Assembly: GCA_045837725.1 (NCBI GenBank)
Contig: JBEWZL010000145.1
Location: forward strand, 248,001 to 312,000
Direction: 5' to 3'
DNA from: Vermamoeba vermiformis
Lineage: Eukaryota
DNA: 64,000 nucleotides
The notes below the pieces were generated by a model. It had not been told where the DNA came from, ran no database searches, and saw only the letters and a program-made list of their open reading frames with translations. The translations under genes were made by a program, and so were the position numbers. Below are positions 12,408 through 24,066 of this stretch, one piece after another (position 1 is the stretch's first letter; the number at the start of each line of letters is the position of its first letter).

Positions 12408-13442
12408 TCACATGTTGATGGAGTTCAAGAACTGTTTGAGATTGTTCTGCACATTCTTCTTCTTGTTGGTGCTATTTTTAGTCTCGTGCAACATCTTGGC
12501 CACTTGACTCTTCATGCTGTGCTTGGCGTGCTTGGACTGCGTGCTGGTCGTGTGACTCGCTGCGGTGCTGGTATGCTTTGCAGGCACGGTGCTGGTGGTA
12601 CTCATCTTTGCAGGCACAGTGCTGGTCGTGCTCATCTTTGCAGGCACAGTGCTGGTCGTGCTCATCTTTGCAGGCACGGTGCTGGTCGTGCTCATCTTTG
12701 CAGGCACAGTGCTGGTCGTGCTCATCTTTGCAGGCACGGTGCTGGTCGTGCTCATCTTTGCAGGCACGGTGTGTGTGCCAGTGTTAGTGTTGCCCTGAGT
12801 GTGCACGTGACTGACAGGCGCGGGGGGAGTCGCAGCAGTGCTCTGAGTGACAGGTGTCTCGTGCGCGACAGGGGCGTGTTGAAAGGCTATATATAGTCTC
12901 TTGTAATCGCAGCGCGCACAGTGTTGTTGCTGTCAAGTGGATGTGAGCAGAAATCAGAGCGGTGGTGCACGACTTACCAGCACATTGCGCGGGTGAGTGC
13001 TGGGCGCAGCGTCAGGCGCATTCATATGTGCGAGCATCATATTCATTTGACTCCTAGTCTCGCGTGCGGCGAGTTGAGCAGATCGGCGTGTGCGTCGCTT
13101 CGAAGACACTAAGCGCAACTTGCTCGTGATCAGTCCTCCACATGCTTGACAGATTTTACTAGCTGTACGGTGTGGTATTTCTATCGACATTGTTTATTAA
13201 TAATTATTTTTTCATATGGATCCGGATCTGCACTCACTCAAATTATCTTTCTCCGCTGCTTGCTGCATTCTAAATCTAATAACAATATTTTAAAAATTAT
13301 TCCTACGTCTACTATACACCTACAAGTAATACTGCGCGAGGTGCGGTGCATCGGGCCACAACAAGACCGCTGCATCGCTCAAGTGCTGCACGCGCCTGAT
13401 AGCCTCGGTGTTGCTTTGTACTGCGCGTGCTGGTGAGGTCAT
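12408..13442 (-). CDS. Rpr2/Rpp21/Snm1-family protein resembling C18orf21/RMP24 (putative RNase MRP-specific subunit)
   Basis: Four in-phase exons (13442-13324, 13269-13238, 13180-12978, 12929-12408): RRVQHLSDAAVLLWPDAPHLAQYYL...CQAC...CARC...SQVAKMLHE...NLKQFLNSI. Confidence 0.75.
12565..12772 (-). repeat. Coding 30-bp tandem repeat, about 6.5-7 units, encoding (STTSTVPAKM)n
   Basis: Plus-strand unit gctggtcgtgctcatctttgcaggcac(a/g)gt repeated head-to-tail with no spacers. Confidence 0.97.
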
Positions 13443-13550
13443 TGAGGCAGTAATAGGCTACAGTCACTATGAACAACTAATTTACAAACTACAAAACACG
13501 TGTTTTCACTGAACGACTGATCAAGCACGTGATCAGAGCGGAATATCTCC

Positions 13551-14827
13551 TCAAATGAGCTCAGCGCAGGCACTGAGCACCGACGAGGTCTGTGGCGGCT
13601 CTGCAACTGTGTCACGTGACTGCTCGGTGTCGTCGAGCCACCGTCCCGCACTGTGGCAACATTAGCACGTGCAATCATTGCAAGTATTTCGTACCTCAAC
13701 AGCTCAGTCATCTGCGACACGGTCAGAAATGTCAGCTCGAGGCGTGGTGTGGCAGGTGTCACTGAAGTGTCAGCTGCAAGTGTCAAACAGTGGTTGACAT
13801 CTGGCTCGTAATAATAGCCGCGTAATTCACCTAATTTGGCAAGTGTCTCGTGTTGTGCCGTGTGTTCGAGGGTGAAGGGTGTCACACTCTGGTGCCAGCA
13901 CGTGTCACTCAGAGTCACATCGAGCAGCACGTGCTCACCTGTCGCATTGGCACGTGCCAGGCGTACTCGGAGAGGTCCGCGAATTCTGGCGCGAAATCCT
14001 GCAAAGATAGCTTCGAGCTGCCAATCATTGCCGTTCTTCACCACCTCTCTGCTACGCAGGGCCAGGGTGACAGTCGCGGTGCTCGATGGGCTGTCACGTG
14101 GTGTGATCTGCCACACGAGATCTTGGCTGCGTTGACGCGTGTCATTGGCCCACTCCAGCGTGCAGGTCAGTGATTGACGCGCCTGTAGTTCGAGCTCCGT
14201 GCTCTGCTTCTGCGTCAACAGCTCGTAGCGCGGTGTGAGACTGGTGCCAAAGTACTTTCTATATATGGGCAACTGCAAGCTCAGCACACTGACCAGCACT
14301 CGGACACGTGTCACCTCCACGCCACACCACGGCACGGCGCTGCTGATTGGTCCGTCGAGTTCTTCCGCTGCAGTTCTCTGAAATCTGTTCTGATCTCTGC
14401 AAATGACACCTGTCAACCACTGACTCGCGCGCAGTGACTTACTTGACACGTTTCGGAGCAGGTCCGTTCTTGTTCTCTGCGGCAGTCTGATCACGTGCTC
14501 TCTTGCGCGCTAGTACACTACGGGTGAGCACCACACTGACCAATCACAACGCAGCTACGTACTCGGGGCTGGGGGCGCAGACTCGGCAGTGGGTGCAGCC
14601 TTGCCGTCAGTACTCGTACTAGTGCTAGTATTGTTGTCAATAGCACCACCGAGCTCTACAGTGGCTGTGTAGTGCGGTGTGTCAGTGCTCGCAGATCTGG
14701 CTCCTAAGACTTGATTCAGGAACAGCTCTGCGGGCACTGGCTTGCGAGTACTCTTATTGTTATTTGCAGGGTTGTTATTCGTATTGGAATTATTAGCGCT
14801 GCTAGTCGTTGGCTTGTTTTGCTCCAT
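13551..14827 (-). CDS. Uncharacterised protein
   Basis: Starts MEQNKPTTSS (N/S/T-rich), continues into the long ORF 13439-14494; a 44-nt GTACGA...CTAAT...ACAG intron near 13650-13693 moves the likely stop to 13551 (CAELI*). Confidence 0.6.
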
Positions 14828-15000
14828 CTGCGTTACAAAAATAATGAAACACTTGTCTGCACGACTGTAGGCCTCTATCAATTAGTATTGTACACTCACG
14901 AGCTGTGTGTGCCCTATATTAATATGCCACGTGCTCTTCAGTGGCTGCGACAAAACAAAGATTGTTTTTCACTCGCTAATTATTGACCAAACACACGACC

Positions 15001-16081
15001 ATGGCTGACAACGAGCCCAATGACGGTCACGCGGATGACTCCATGCGCGAGTCTAGTGCCAACAACAATGGCGACAGATCTCCTAGTCGCAGTCGTTCAC
15101 CGAGCAAAGAACGCTCAAAAAGCAGATCGAGAAGTCGATCTAAAGCTCGCTCGCGCAGTCCTAGTCGCAGCCGCAGTCGCAGCAGAAGTCGTAGCAGAAG
15201 TCGCAGTCGTAGCAGACGCAGCAGAAGTCGCAGCAGATCGAGAGACAGATCGAGAAGACACGGCGGCCGTCGCTCTCGCTCTCCTCCTCGCAAAAAACAA
15301 GTACGTATTTGTATACATCGCGCGCTTAATATACATGACGTATTAAGTATAAGAATAATTTTTGAAGACTACCAGAATTAAATTGATATTTTTATTCTTT
15401 TTTTCTGAATGCAAAGCGCGGCACTGACAAGACTCAACTGCAGCAACAAGCACCGCCTAACAAAGTGCTCGGTGTGTGGGGTCTCAGCTCTCGTTCGCGC
15501 GAAGAAGACGTGCGCGAGATGTTCGTAAAGGTGATCGAGATCGAACAAGTCTCGCTCATTACAGATCGACGTGTAAGTAGCTGCGCGCAGTGCCTATTGA
15601 CACTACATATGCTGATCAGTGCTTAGACGGGTGAGTCCAAGTGCTACGCGTTTGTGAACTGTGCCAGCACGGACGATGCCACCAAAGCCAAAGAGGCGCT
15701 GAACGGCACTGAACTGCACGGCAAAAAGGTACGTAGTGTCGCTGAATATGCTGCTGTGTGCACTGATCGCTGACCGAGCTGTGCAGCTGCGCATTGACTA
15801 CTCCTTCACCAAGCGCGCACACTCCCCCACACCTGGTCGCTACATGGGCCCCACATCCAGATCCGGCCATCGCTACCACCCCTACGACTCGTATAATCGT
15901 CGCTCACCGCCGCGCGACTATCGTAAGTGTCACCTCTCTCGCCCTGCCCTCGCTCACGCAGTCCTCACTAGGCTACGACTACTACCGCGGCTCAGATCGA
16001 GATCGAGATCGCGATCGTGACCGCTACTCGCGCGACTCCTCGTACGACCGCTACTACGACGACTATTATCGCCGCAGATAA
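15001..16081 (+). CDS. Transformer-2-like SR splicing factor (RS-RRM-RS/RD)
   Basis: Long RS repeat, then PPNKVLGVWGLS...SKCYAFVN...LRIDYSFTKRAHSPTPGRYMG, the TRA2-type RRM C-terminal signature. Confidence 0.9.
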
Positions 16082-16592
16082 TACTAGTATAGTGGCTGGT
16101 GTTGTGTCCGTTATTACGCATTACCTAATTAACTCATCTTTACTGCTTAGTGCACCACGAACTAAGAACTAATATTAATAAGAAATACGAACCCTAATGA
16201 ATAAATATGAGTCCATAATAATACGACTTTAAGAAGAACTGCGAGCCCTTTAAGAACTGTATTGAAGAGTACTTGCGAGCCCTCCTATACTAGCACACGT
16301 GCAGTACACCCCCCTGCGAATCATTCAGCGATGGGCTGCATATACATCGCAGCACTAGTCTCGCTGCTCGGTAAGTCACATCTCGCCACTCAAAATAAAC
16401 TCGACAATTGTTACTCCTATGTGGTTTGTACGATCGAACATGGTGTTGGTATCTGCGTCTATTCTCATAGTATTAGTATTGAGTGGTCGCTATTCTCGGC
16501 AAGTAGTCCGTGGTGCTCGTCAAAGATATTTTTCGCTGAGCAAAGCATAATTAATTCTGTCTGAACACACGTTCCATTTACAACACACACAA

Positions 16593-17861
16593 ATGAGTGA
16601 CGAGGAACAAAATAATAACGACTTACAAGTCAATGGCGAGGAGCAGGTATATACAGCGCATATAGTGGCAACGAACTTAGAGTTTGAAAAGATTTTCAGT
16701 GACACATCTGGCCACATTGCTAATTAACAACTAATTTCAGAACGGCAGTCCTGGCAAGCGCAACAAAAATAAGTCCAATGAAGAGGAGCACAAGAGCGCT
16801 GAAGAGCCGCACAGTGAGAACGGCAACGCACCACGCGTAGAGCCCAATCTGTTCACGGTAAGAACAAAAAAAATAATTCAAATAAAGGTGAATAACATTA
16901 ATTTTATTATAGTTAGTCGTGCACGCTATATTGGAGTTAGATCGCGAGGGTGGCGCTCGATTTGATGCCATTTGGAAAGTTCGTACTTGACACGCTTGAT
17001 CTGCCTTAAAACTAGCTAATTGCTGCTCTTCAGTTCATTAAATCGCACTTCGGATTGGAAAATGAACGTCGTAAGTTAGTTCGCGCTACCGTCGACGAGT
17101 CCCTCGAAGCTGGCGAGTTGATTGAAGACGGAAACAAGATCAAAGTCAACTTCGCGAAGAAAACAGAAGAGGAAGGTGCACAAGAAGAGGTCCCTGAAGA
17201 GGAGGCTGCATCGGACAAGAAGAAGCGACGCACTAAGCGCCCTGCGATGAAGAAAGGAGCGCAAGTGAATGAGGACGAGGACGAGCCAGCAGAGTCCGAG
17301 ACACCGCGTCGAGGTCGCAAAAGAGCGCGTGAAGCGAGTCCTAGTCCTAAGAAGCGTGGTCGTCCTGCTAAGCGCGCCAAGACTGAACAGACTGCGGATG
17401 TGACCGAAACACCTCGCCGACGAGGCAGACCAGCGAAGAACAAGACCGAGGCACACGACGCTGAGGAGGAGTCTGCAGTGGCTGAAGAGGTAATTGAAGA
17501 GACACCCAAACGACGCGGCAGACCTCCTATTGCCAAAAAAGGAAAGTCACCCAAACGCGGCCGCAGCGCGAGTCCCGCCAAGGCCAAGACGAGTCCTCAT
17601 AAGAAGAGCCCTAAAAAGACTAGTCCTGGCAAGACTAAGGGCACGCCTAGCAAGACTAGTCCCAGCAAGCGAGGCACACCGAGCAAGAAAGCGAGTCCCA
17701 GCAAGGGTGACTTCCAACTGCCCAAGGGCTGGCGCACGGAAGTAGTGGCGCGCAAGAGTGGTCGCACGAGTGATCGCGCTGACACGTACTGGTACAGTCC
17801 TGAGGGCATCAAGTTCAGATCCAGAGTGGCTGTACTGCGTCACTTGGAGGAGCAACAGTGA
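16593..17861 (+). CDS. Linker histone H1-type globular domain + AT-hooks + SPKK tail + C-terminal methyl-CpG-binding domain
   Basis: Exons 16593-16646, 16741-16857, 16913-16978, 17034-17861, all phase 0. PNLFTLVVHAILELDREGGARFDAIWKFIKSHFG...LVRATVDESLEAGELIEDGNKIKV (H15-like); three RGRP hooks; LPKGWRTEVVARKSG...DTYWYSPEGIKFRS (MBD). Confidence 0.85.
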
Positions 17862-18068
17862 AGTGTTGCCGTTGTAGTTGTAGCACGATGAGTAAAGGGC
17901 ACGATGATGCTCGAAAATAGACAACGAGTAGTATGGATCCAGGTCCTCTTAGTTTATTTTACAAGCTGAATAGGGAGTTATTTAATACAAAATTGAATTA
18001 CATTATTTACCAACATGCATCGCAGTCGTGTTGCTTATGTACAAGGCTATATATATCGCGTGCAGTGA

Positions 18069-21000
18069 CTAGTTGCGGCGCTTCTCCTTAGTCGCATTGG
18101 CCACTTTCTTCTTGTCCTGCTTGTCCTTCGACAAGGTACGGCGCGCTTTCTTCGGATCGCGCGGACTTTTGTTGTCCTCATCGTCCTCGTCATCACTCAG
18201 CGGGGCAGCACTGTTCACCACGGCATCCCACTGCTCCTTGTTCGTGGTGTACTGGTGGATCAGCTGCTTGATCAGCTCCAGCAGTCGTTGCGTGTCTGGT
18301 CGCTCGTGGGGATTGCGATTCCAGAGCGTGGTGATCAGATCTGCCACTAGCTCTGCAACAGGTGTTAGGACTGTATATATATATGAGTGCAGAGTACTCA
18401 CGAGGACAGCTGCGTGGAATGGAGGGGCGTGTGCCTTTCTTGGCGGCTTGAATGACAATCTGAAAGTCGAAGTGAATGTACGGGTACTCGGCGTAGGGCC
18501 GTTCATAGCGGCCATGGATCAGGCGAGTGACGAGCTCCCAGAGTATAATGCCCAGACTGTACATGTCTGCTTTGGTCGTGTATTGTTCGCCGTAGTACAC
18601 TTCGGGGGCACTGCATTAGAGGTTAGTGACACGTGGTCTAAAAATAGCTGCACAGCACGCACCAGTACGCGTAAGTGCCGCGCAGTCTGCCGAGTGTGGA
18701 GAGGGTCTGATCGCTCTCCAAGAACCGTGACAGACCGAAATCTGCCACTTTGACTTCGTTCTGTGAATTGATCTGTGACACGTGTCAGTCATTATTCATT
18801 CCCAAATTAGGCAACAAGTCTACGCACCAGCAAATTGAGTGTCTTGACATCGCGGTGCACAATGGGTGGTTTCCAGCTGTGCAGTGCATCAATGCCATTG
18901 ACAGCCTGCGTGAACCAGTGGAACAGCGTGGGCCAGTCCAGCTGGGCAGCGGGCGAGTTGTTGCTCACAGCCTCGTCAGCGGAGATGTTCAACACGTCGT
19001 ATAGTGAGCCCTGTTCGCACAGCTCGAGGATCATGCACAGTCTGGGCTCGACGACCAGACCGTGGAAGAAGATGATGTGCTTGGACTGCAGCACACTCAT
19101 AATATTGAATTCTTCGCGCAAGTCGCGGATCTGCTTGTCGCGCGAGAGCTTTTTGCTGGGTTTGAATGAAATGACTTTGATGGCCACTGTCTGGCCCTTG
19201 TACAGGCCCTTGAACACTGTCGCTGAGGAGCCGTGGCCAATCTCTGCCGTGAACAGCAAGTGCGACGAGTCAATGATCCACGAGCTCTAAATATAGCACC
19301 ACATTAGTGTTAATTAACCAAACAAGGCAAGTGGCACGCACCTTCTCTTGTTTGAGTGCTTGACCCACTTCCCACGTCTCATCGTGCTCGACGTCAGGAT
19401 TGAGCACTTTGGGCCACTCTTTGCCCGGCTCTTTCGGCACGACAATTTTGATCTTGGACTCGTCGATGGCTTTGACCATCACTTCCGCGGGCAGATCGGG
19501 CTTGGCGGGCAAATTGTGCATGGCTGAACCGTGTCCGCTGTTCAGTGAAACAAGTCAATGATTGGTCAACCTCGCGAGTCACGTGGTCACTCACCAATAG
19601 ACGCACACACCCGAGCTGTCAATGTACGACTGACAGCGACACTCAGGGATCTGACAGGGCCCGCGATGAGTGGCAGGCGCGAGACCAAAAGGACCACTCG
19701 GCGCCGCACCTGCGAACTGTGCTTTGAGCTTGGCGAGGCGTGGTGGCACTTTGCTGTCTTTGGGCAGTGTGCTGGGACTGCTCGGCTCGTCCTCCGCGGC
19801 ATTCTCTGCTGGTCGGCTGCGAGGCACGTGTCAGTTGCTAAATTAGGCAATAAAGTGTCAATTGAACGATACTTACGATCTCCCGAAGAATCTCGAAATA
19901 GATTTGAGCGGATTAGTCTTCTGATCAGAGAGTTTGGGCTTGGGCGAGGACTGTTGCTGATTGGCCAGCGCACCTGTGGCTGACTTGACCACTGCCCTGC
20001 AGACTGATGCGGCGCGGTGACACGAGACTGTCCGTGGAGGCAGTCAGATCGGTGTACTCGCCTGAGGCTGTGGTGCTCGATGACGTGGACTCGCCCAGGG
20101 CACGTGTCACGAGACCTCGAATGCGCTGATTGGTCGCGAGCATCTGATCGACTTCTTTGGGCGTGTTGGGCTGTGCGCGACCAGGACCGATCGTTGGACT
20201 GTCACGCGGTGAGGTCTCGGTCTCCGCTCCCAACTCCGCTCCGAGAGGCACGTAGTCTGCTTTCTGTGAACGGTATACAATGAGTATACATTGCCAAATA
20301 TGGTAAGTCCACGTACCTGCAAATCAATCGAGAGAGCCTGTCGTTCACGAATGGAGGCTGAGCGTTCAAGTAACAGAGCCACGTGACCGTGTCGCGCTTC
20401 AACGGCGTCTTTGAATGGCGTGGTGCCCCAACGATCTCGCGCGTGGAGATCACAGCCCTGGGAGATCAAATACTCCGTGCAATCGTACTGGCCAGCACGT
20501 GATGAGCCGTGCAGCGGTGTTCTGCCATCAATGTTGCCTAATTAGGAATTGAATGAATTACTGCACCGCCATACTCAGTCACGTGACTTACCGTGCGTGA
20601 TCTCCGAGCCGTTCTCGATCATGGCGCGCAAATTGTCTATTTTACCCTGACCTGTCACACACTAAATTAGGCAAAGTGTCAAACGCTGACTCGCGCCAAA
20701 TGTCACGTACCAGCAAGTGTGTAGGCAATGGCAGCGACGTACTCGGTGTTGATGTTATTGACATTCTCAGGGGGCATGTAGCCAATCAGCGAGAGCCTAT
20801 TTTTAGCTGCGTCAATGCACTGTTGTGGATGTACCTTGGGAAAAGTCGCCAATTTTCTGATCTGCAATGATATGCAGAATTTGAACAATTGATTTTCACA
20901 CGCATCAATATTGAAACTGTTACTATTAATGTGATAATCTCGCTTAATTAACTGAATTGTCAAATAAAAATAAATATACATCTGTTAATAAATTTGTTCT

Positions 21001-21321
21001 AAATGTCTGATGTGCATTATATAAATAATACAGCATATATATTTAAATAAATAGGCCTGTCATGCAATATAATCATTCAAATTAAACAAATTAATAGCAG
21101 TAAGTCGCTTATTCTTTCACGCACCATAGTCGTCGCATTTGTCGATTAGCAGTCTGTATTTTAATTGAGTCTTTGAGTTGATTCTGCAGTCGCAATTTGA
21201 GACTCTCGATCTGCTTCGCTTGTTCGTCGATCTGCTTTTGCAATTCCTTGATGAGCGCATGGCGCTTCTTTTTCTTCTCTTTAGCGTCAGCATCTTTTTT
21301 ACTGGGGTCCTTGTCACCCAT
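18069..21321 (-). CDS. Ankyrin-repeat tyrosine-kinase-like (TKL) protein kinase
   Basis: N-terminal coiled coil; ankyrin repeats (GRTPLH, RDRWGTTPF); kinase motifs EIGHGSSATVFKG, VAIK, HRDVKTLN, ADFG, YTTKADMYSLGIILWE. Confidence 0.9.
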
Positions 21322-21436
21322 GGCTCTATTCTCTGTCAGTGTAATAATAAAATCTTTCAGTTTTTTTGACCGCAAACAATTTACGGCTGAAAACTCGCGC
21401 TGCTGCTATTGAAATTATTACACGAGCGTAGACAAC

Positions 21437-21962
21437 ATGTCACTATACAAGCTATTCACTTTCAGCACAGAAGCTGTGACTAAGACTGTTCAATCAACAC
21501 AGTTATTTTCAAATCTCTCAAAAGGTAATACATCTACCGTACACTGTTAATTTTGCTATTAATATTCATTGTATTAAATGTATTTGATAGCGATACTGTA
21601 ATTTTAATTGAAATAATCCAGCTTAGATTTTTTAAATAATTTTTAAAATAATTACCAGATCGCGACCGAATTAATGACTCCCTTTTGCTTAATAATTGTG
21701 CGAATATGTTAATAATAATATCAATGCAGGCTGGAAGCAACAAGTACGATTCCGCCGCTCTACAGGCCGTGTGCGCAATCAACAAGCCGAGCTGAAGAAG
21801 CAACGCGAGCTGAACCACCAGCTGAAAGTGGCGCGTTGGGAGGCACATTTGCAACGCATGCAAGAGCAGGAGAAGAATGCTCTTGAACGCGCGATTGAAC
21901 GCCAGCGCAAACACCGCGAAATTATGCAATCGAAAGCTCAGAATACATCTGCGAAACTATAA
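21437..21962 (+). CDS. Small basic coiled-coil protein with probable mitochondrial presequence
   Basis: Two exons (21437-21524, 21730-21962) join in phase; S/T/K/F-rich N-terminus ending QQVRF, then an R/K/Q-rich helix. Confidence 0.65.
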
Positions 21963-22094
21963 TACCCCTTTCTGTGAATAAATGTCGTATAATATTCAAA
22001 TTATAGCACGTGTATGATTGGTTAGTATTAGATAGTACTAGAGGGCAATAGTGAGCTAAAAGCGCAGTTGTTCAGTGCGCATATTTGTAACGCG

Positions 22095-22959
22095 ATGGAG
22101 ACCACAGAAGTGAAGGAAGCCATCACTACCAGTAATAGTGATAAGCGTAGTGCTAAACAGGAAAGGAATACGTACAATAATAACGAGAATAAGCCCGCTA
22201 AGCAGAAGAAAGTCAAGCTGAATTTCAATGCGGATGTGTACAAAAGACTCAACTTCTTGCATCAAGCAGCCATGCTCTCGTTACCTCAAAATGAGGATCT
22301 ATCGCGATTTTATATGGAGACTATGAAATCAGTAGCACAACGGAATGTAATCCGACTGTAAGTTGAAAAAATTGTTAAAAAAATTAGAAAATTGATTAAA
22401 AATAAACCAATACGCTACAACTAATTAATATAAGTCCTATTAACACCTAATATTGCTAGCGATCCTTCAGTGAAGAGTACAATGTGCCACGAGTGCAACA
22501 GGTTATTAGTGCCAGGCCTGTCCTCGTCTGTTCGCTTCAACGGTGCGTGAAATAACTGCAATGATTGGTGCACTATAAATAGCATCACTCACTTTATTAA
22601 CAGCGGCGCGAGACTCGCACATGACAGTCACGTGTCAGCACTGTCACGCGCAGACCAGACGGCGCACCAAACACGTCAAAAAGCCCCGCAAGACGAGCAC
22701 GCAGTTAGAGCACGTGACTGTCGAGGTGATGACACGTGTCGGGGAGATCACTGTGCCGGTCAAACAGTCGAGTGTCAAACCTGAACCTGCACAGCCCAAG
22801 GCCCCGAGCAAGAAACAACTGAAGCGACAACGAGCGATGCAAAAGCGTGCAGAAGAAGAGGCTAAAAATAGCACTGAGCTCTGCACTGTGACACCTGACG
22901 CTAGTGTGACACCTGTCACTGACACCGCTGCCAATGAGTTAAAGGATCAAGCGCAGTGA
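22095..22959 (+). CDS. RPP21: RNase P protein subunit Rpp21
   Basis: YKRLNFLHQAA...LSRFY...NVIRL/DPSVKSTMCHECNRLLVPG...HMTVTCQHC; two CxxC pairs. Confidence 0.92.
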
Positions 22960-22999
22960 GGCAGCAGATCATCAAGTGACACGTGTCAAGTGCAGGCCT

Positions 23000-23948
23000 C
23001 TAAGCGAGCAGCACATCGGGGGCTGACGTCAGAGCGTGGCGGGGCGGTGTCAAACCAAGTCTGCGCAGTCGTGTCAAAGTGCGTGCTTCGAGTCGTCGTA
23101 CCTGCCAAGAATGTCAATGCTAAAGTGTCAATCACTGATCAGCACGCACCGCTTTCACTGAAAAGTTCTCGCCCTGCGCGGTGAGTGGCGCAGTGTGAAT
23201 GGTCAACATGCCGTAGAGATTGCCAAACAACTGTAATAAATCAAAGTGTCAAACTGCGTATTTCATCAATGACACGTGTCATTTGCAGTGTCGTACCATG
23301 TCCGTGAAATATCGATCGCCAATCACTACGAGCTCATGTGGCTCGCACTTGAAATATTGCAATACTTCGGAGATGCCACCAGGTTTCTAAATAAGGAAAT
23401 TAATACAGCAAGCACACCCTTCAGGCACGCACCTGTTCCGTGTGCGGAATAACATCAATGCCGAGCTGCTGTTTGATGAGCTGTGCTTTGAGACCGTTCT
23501 TGTCGTAGCTACTGCCCGCTGTGTTCGAGAAGATTGCTGCACGTGCTCCAAATTCGTGCTGGCACGCGCGCAGACCTGCCTAATTAGGAAATCACGCGTC
23601 AGTCACCGAGTGCCAGAGACTAGTTGCACGTACTTGACAGTCAGGGTGCACATGGTACTGATAGGGAGCAGTAATGGTGTTGTCTTTGTCGAGTATCACA
23701 CCTTTGATGCCGCGCTGCTTGAGTGCTGCAAAATTAATGGCGGATAGATCTGTTCGAGCTCTGTTAATTCACTGCAAAATAGCAATAATTCATTTGTACA
23801 TATTTGTAATTTTTGGAATATTATTTGATAATATTTAGCGCAGGCTGAACATACTTTTAGCTTCAAAGTGCGGCATAAAAAATTGTGGAGACTTGCGCCA
23901 AACTTTCATCGACAAGACTGCACCAGTGAGGTTGAAATACTGATTCAT
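23000..23948 (-). CDS. GEP4: Mitochondrial phosphatidylglycerophosphatase (HAD family IIIA, GEP4-like)
   Basis: MNQYFNLTG..., GIKGVILDKDNTITAPY, IFSNTAGS, KPGG, VVIGDRYFTDM/LFGN; absent from the ORF track because exons are short. Confidence 0.9.
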
Positions 23949-24066
23949 TGGCTAATATGTTATTAAGTAATGATATACAAGATTGATAAGTCGGAGCGGT
24001 GTTCTCGTGCGCAGCGCACAATGGCAATCTGAAAAAAACAACCTGTTGAACACAACAAAGCCCTCC

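Noticed and set aside
12565-12798. 30-bp repeat as a CRISPR array, or the plus-strand hydrophobic (AGTVLVVLIF)n ORF as a membrane protein
   Set aside because: Units are contiguous with no unique spacers, no cas genes are present, and the minus-strand frame is continuous with a spliced gene.
13439-13442. Apparent ATGA stop-start overlap between ORF 13439-14494 and the RMP24-like gene, suggesting translational coupling
   Set aside because: A canonical 44-nt intron (GTACGA...CTAAT...ACAG) in the upstream ORF shifts its frame and places the stop at 13551, leaving a ~110-bp gap.
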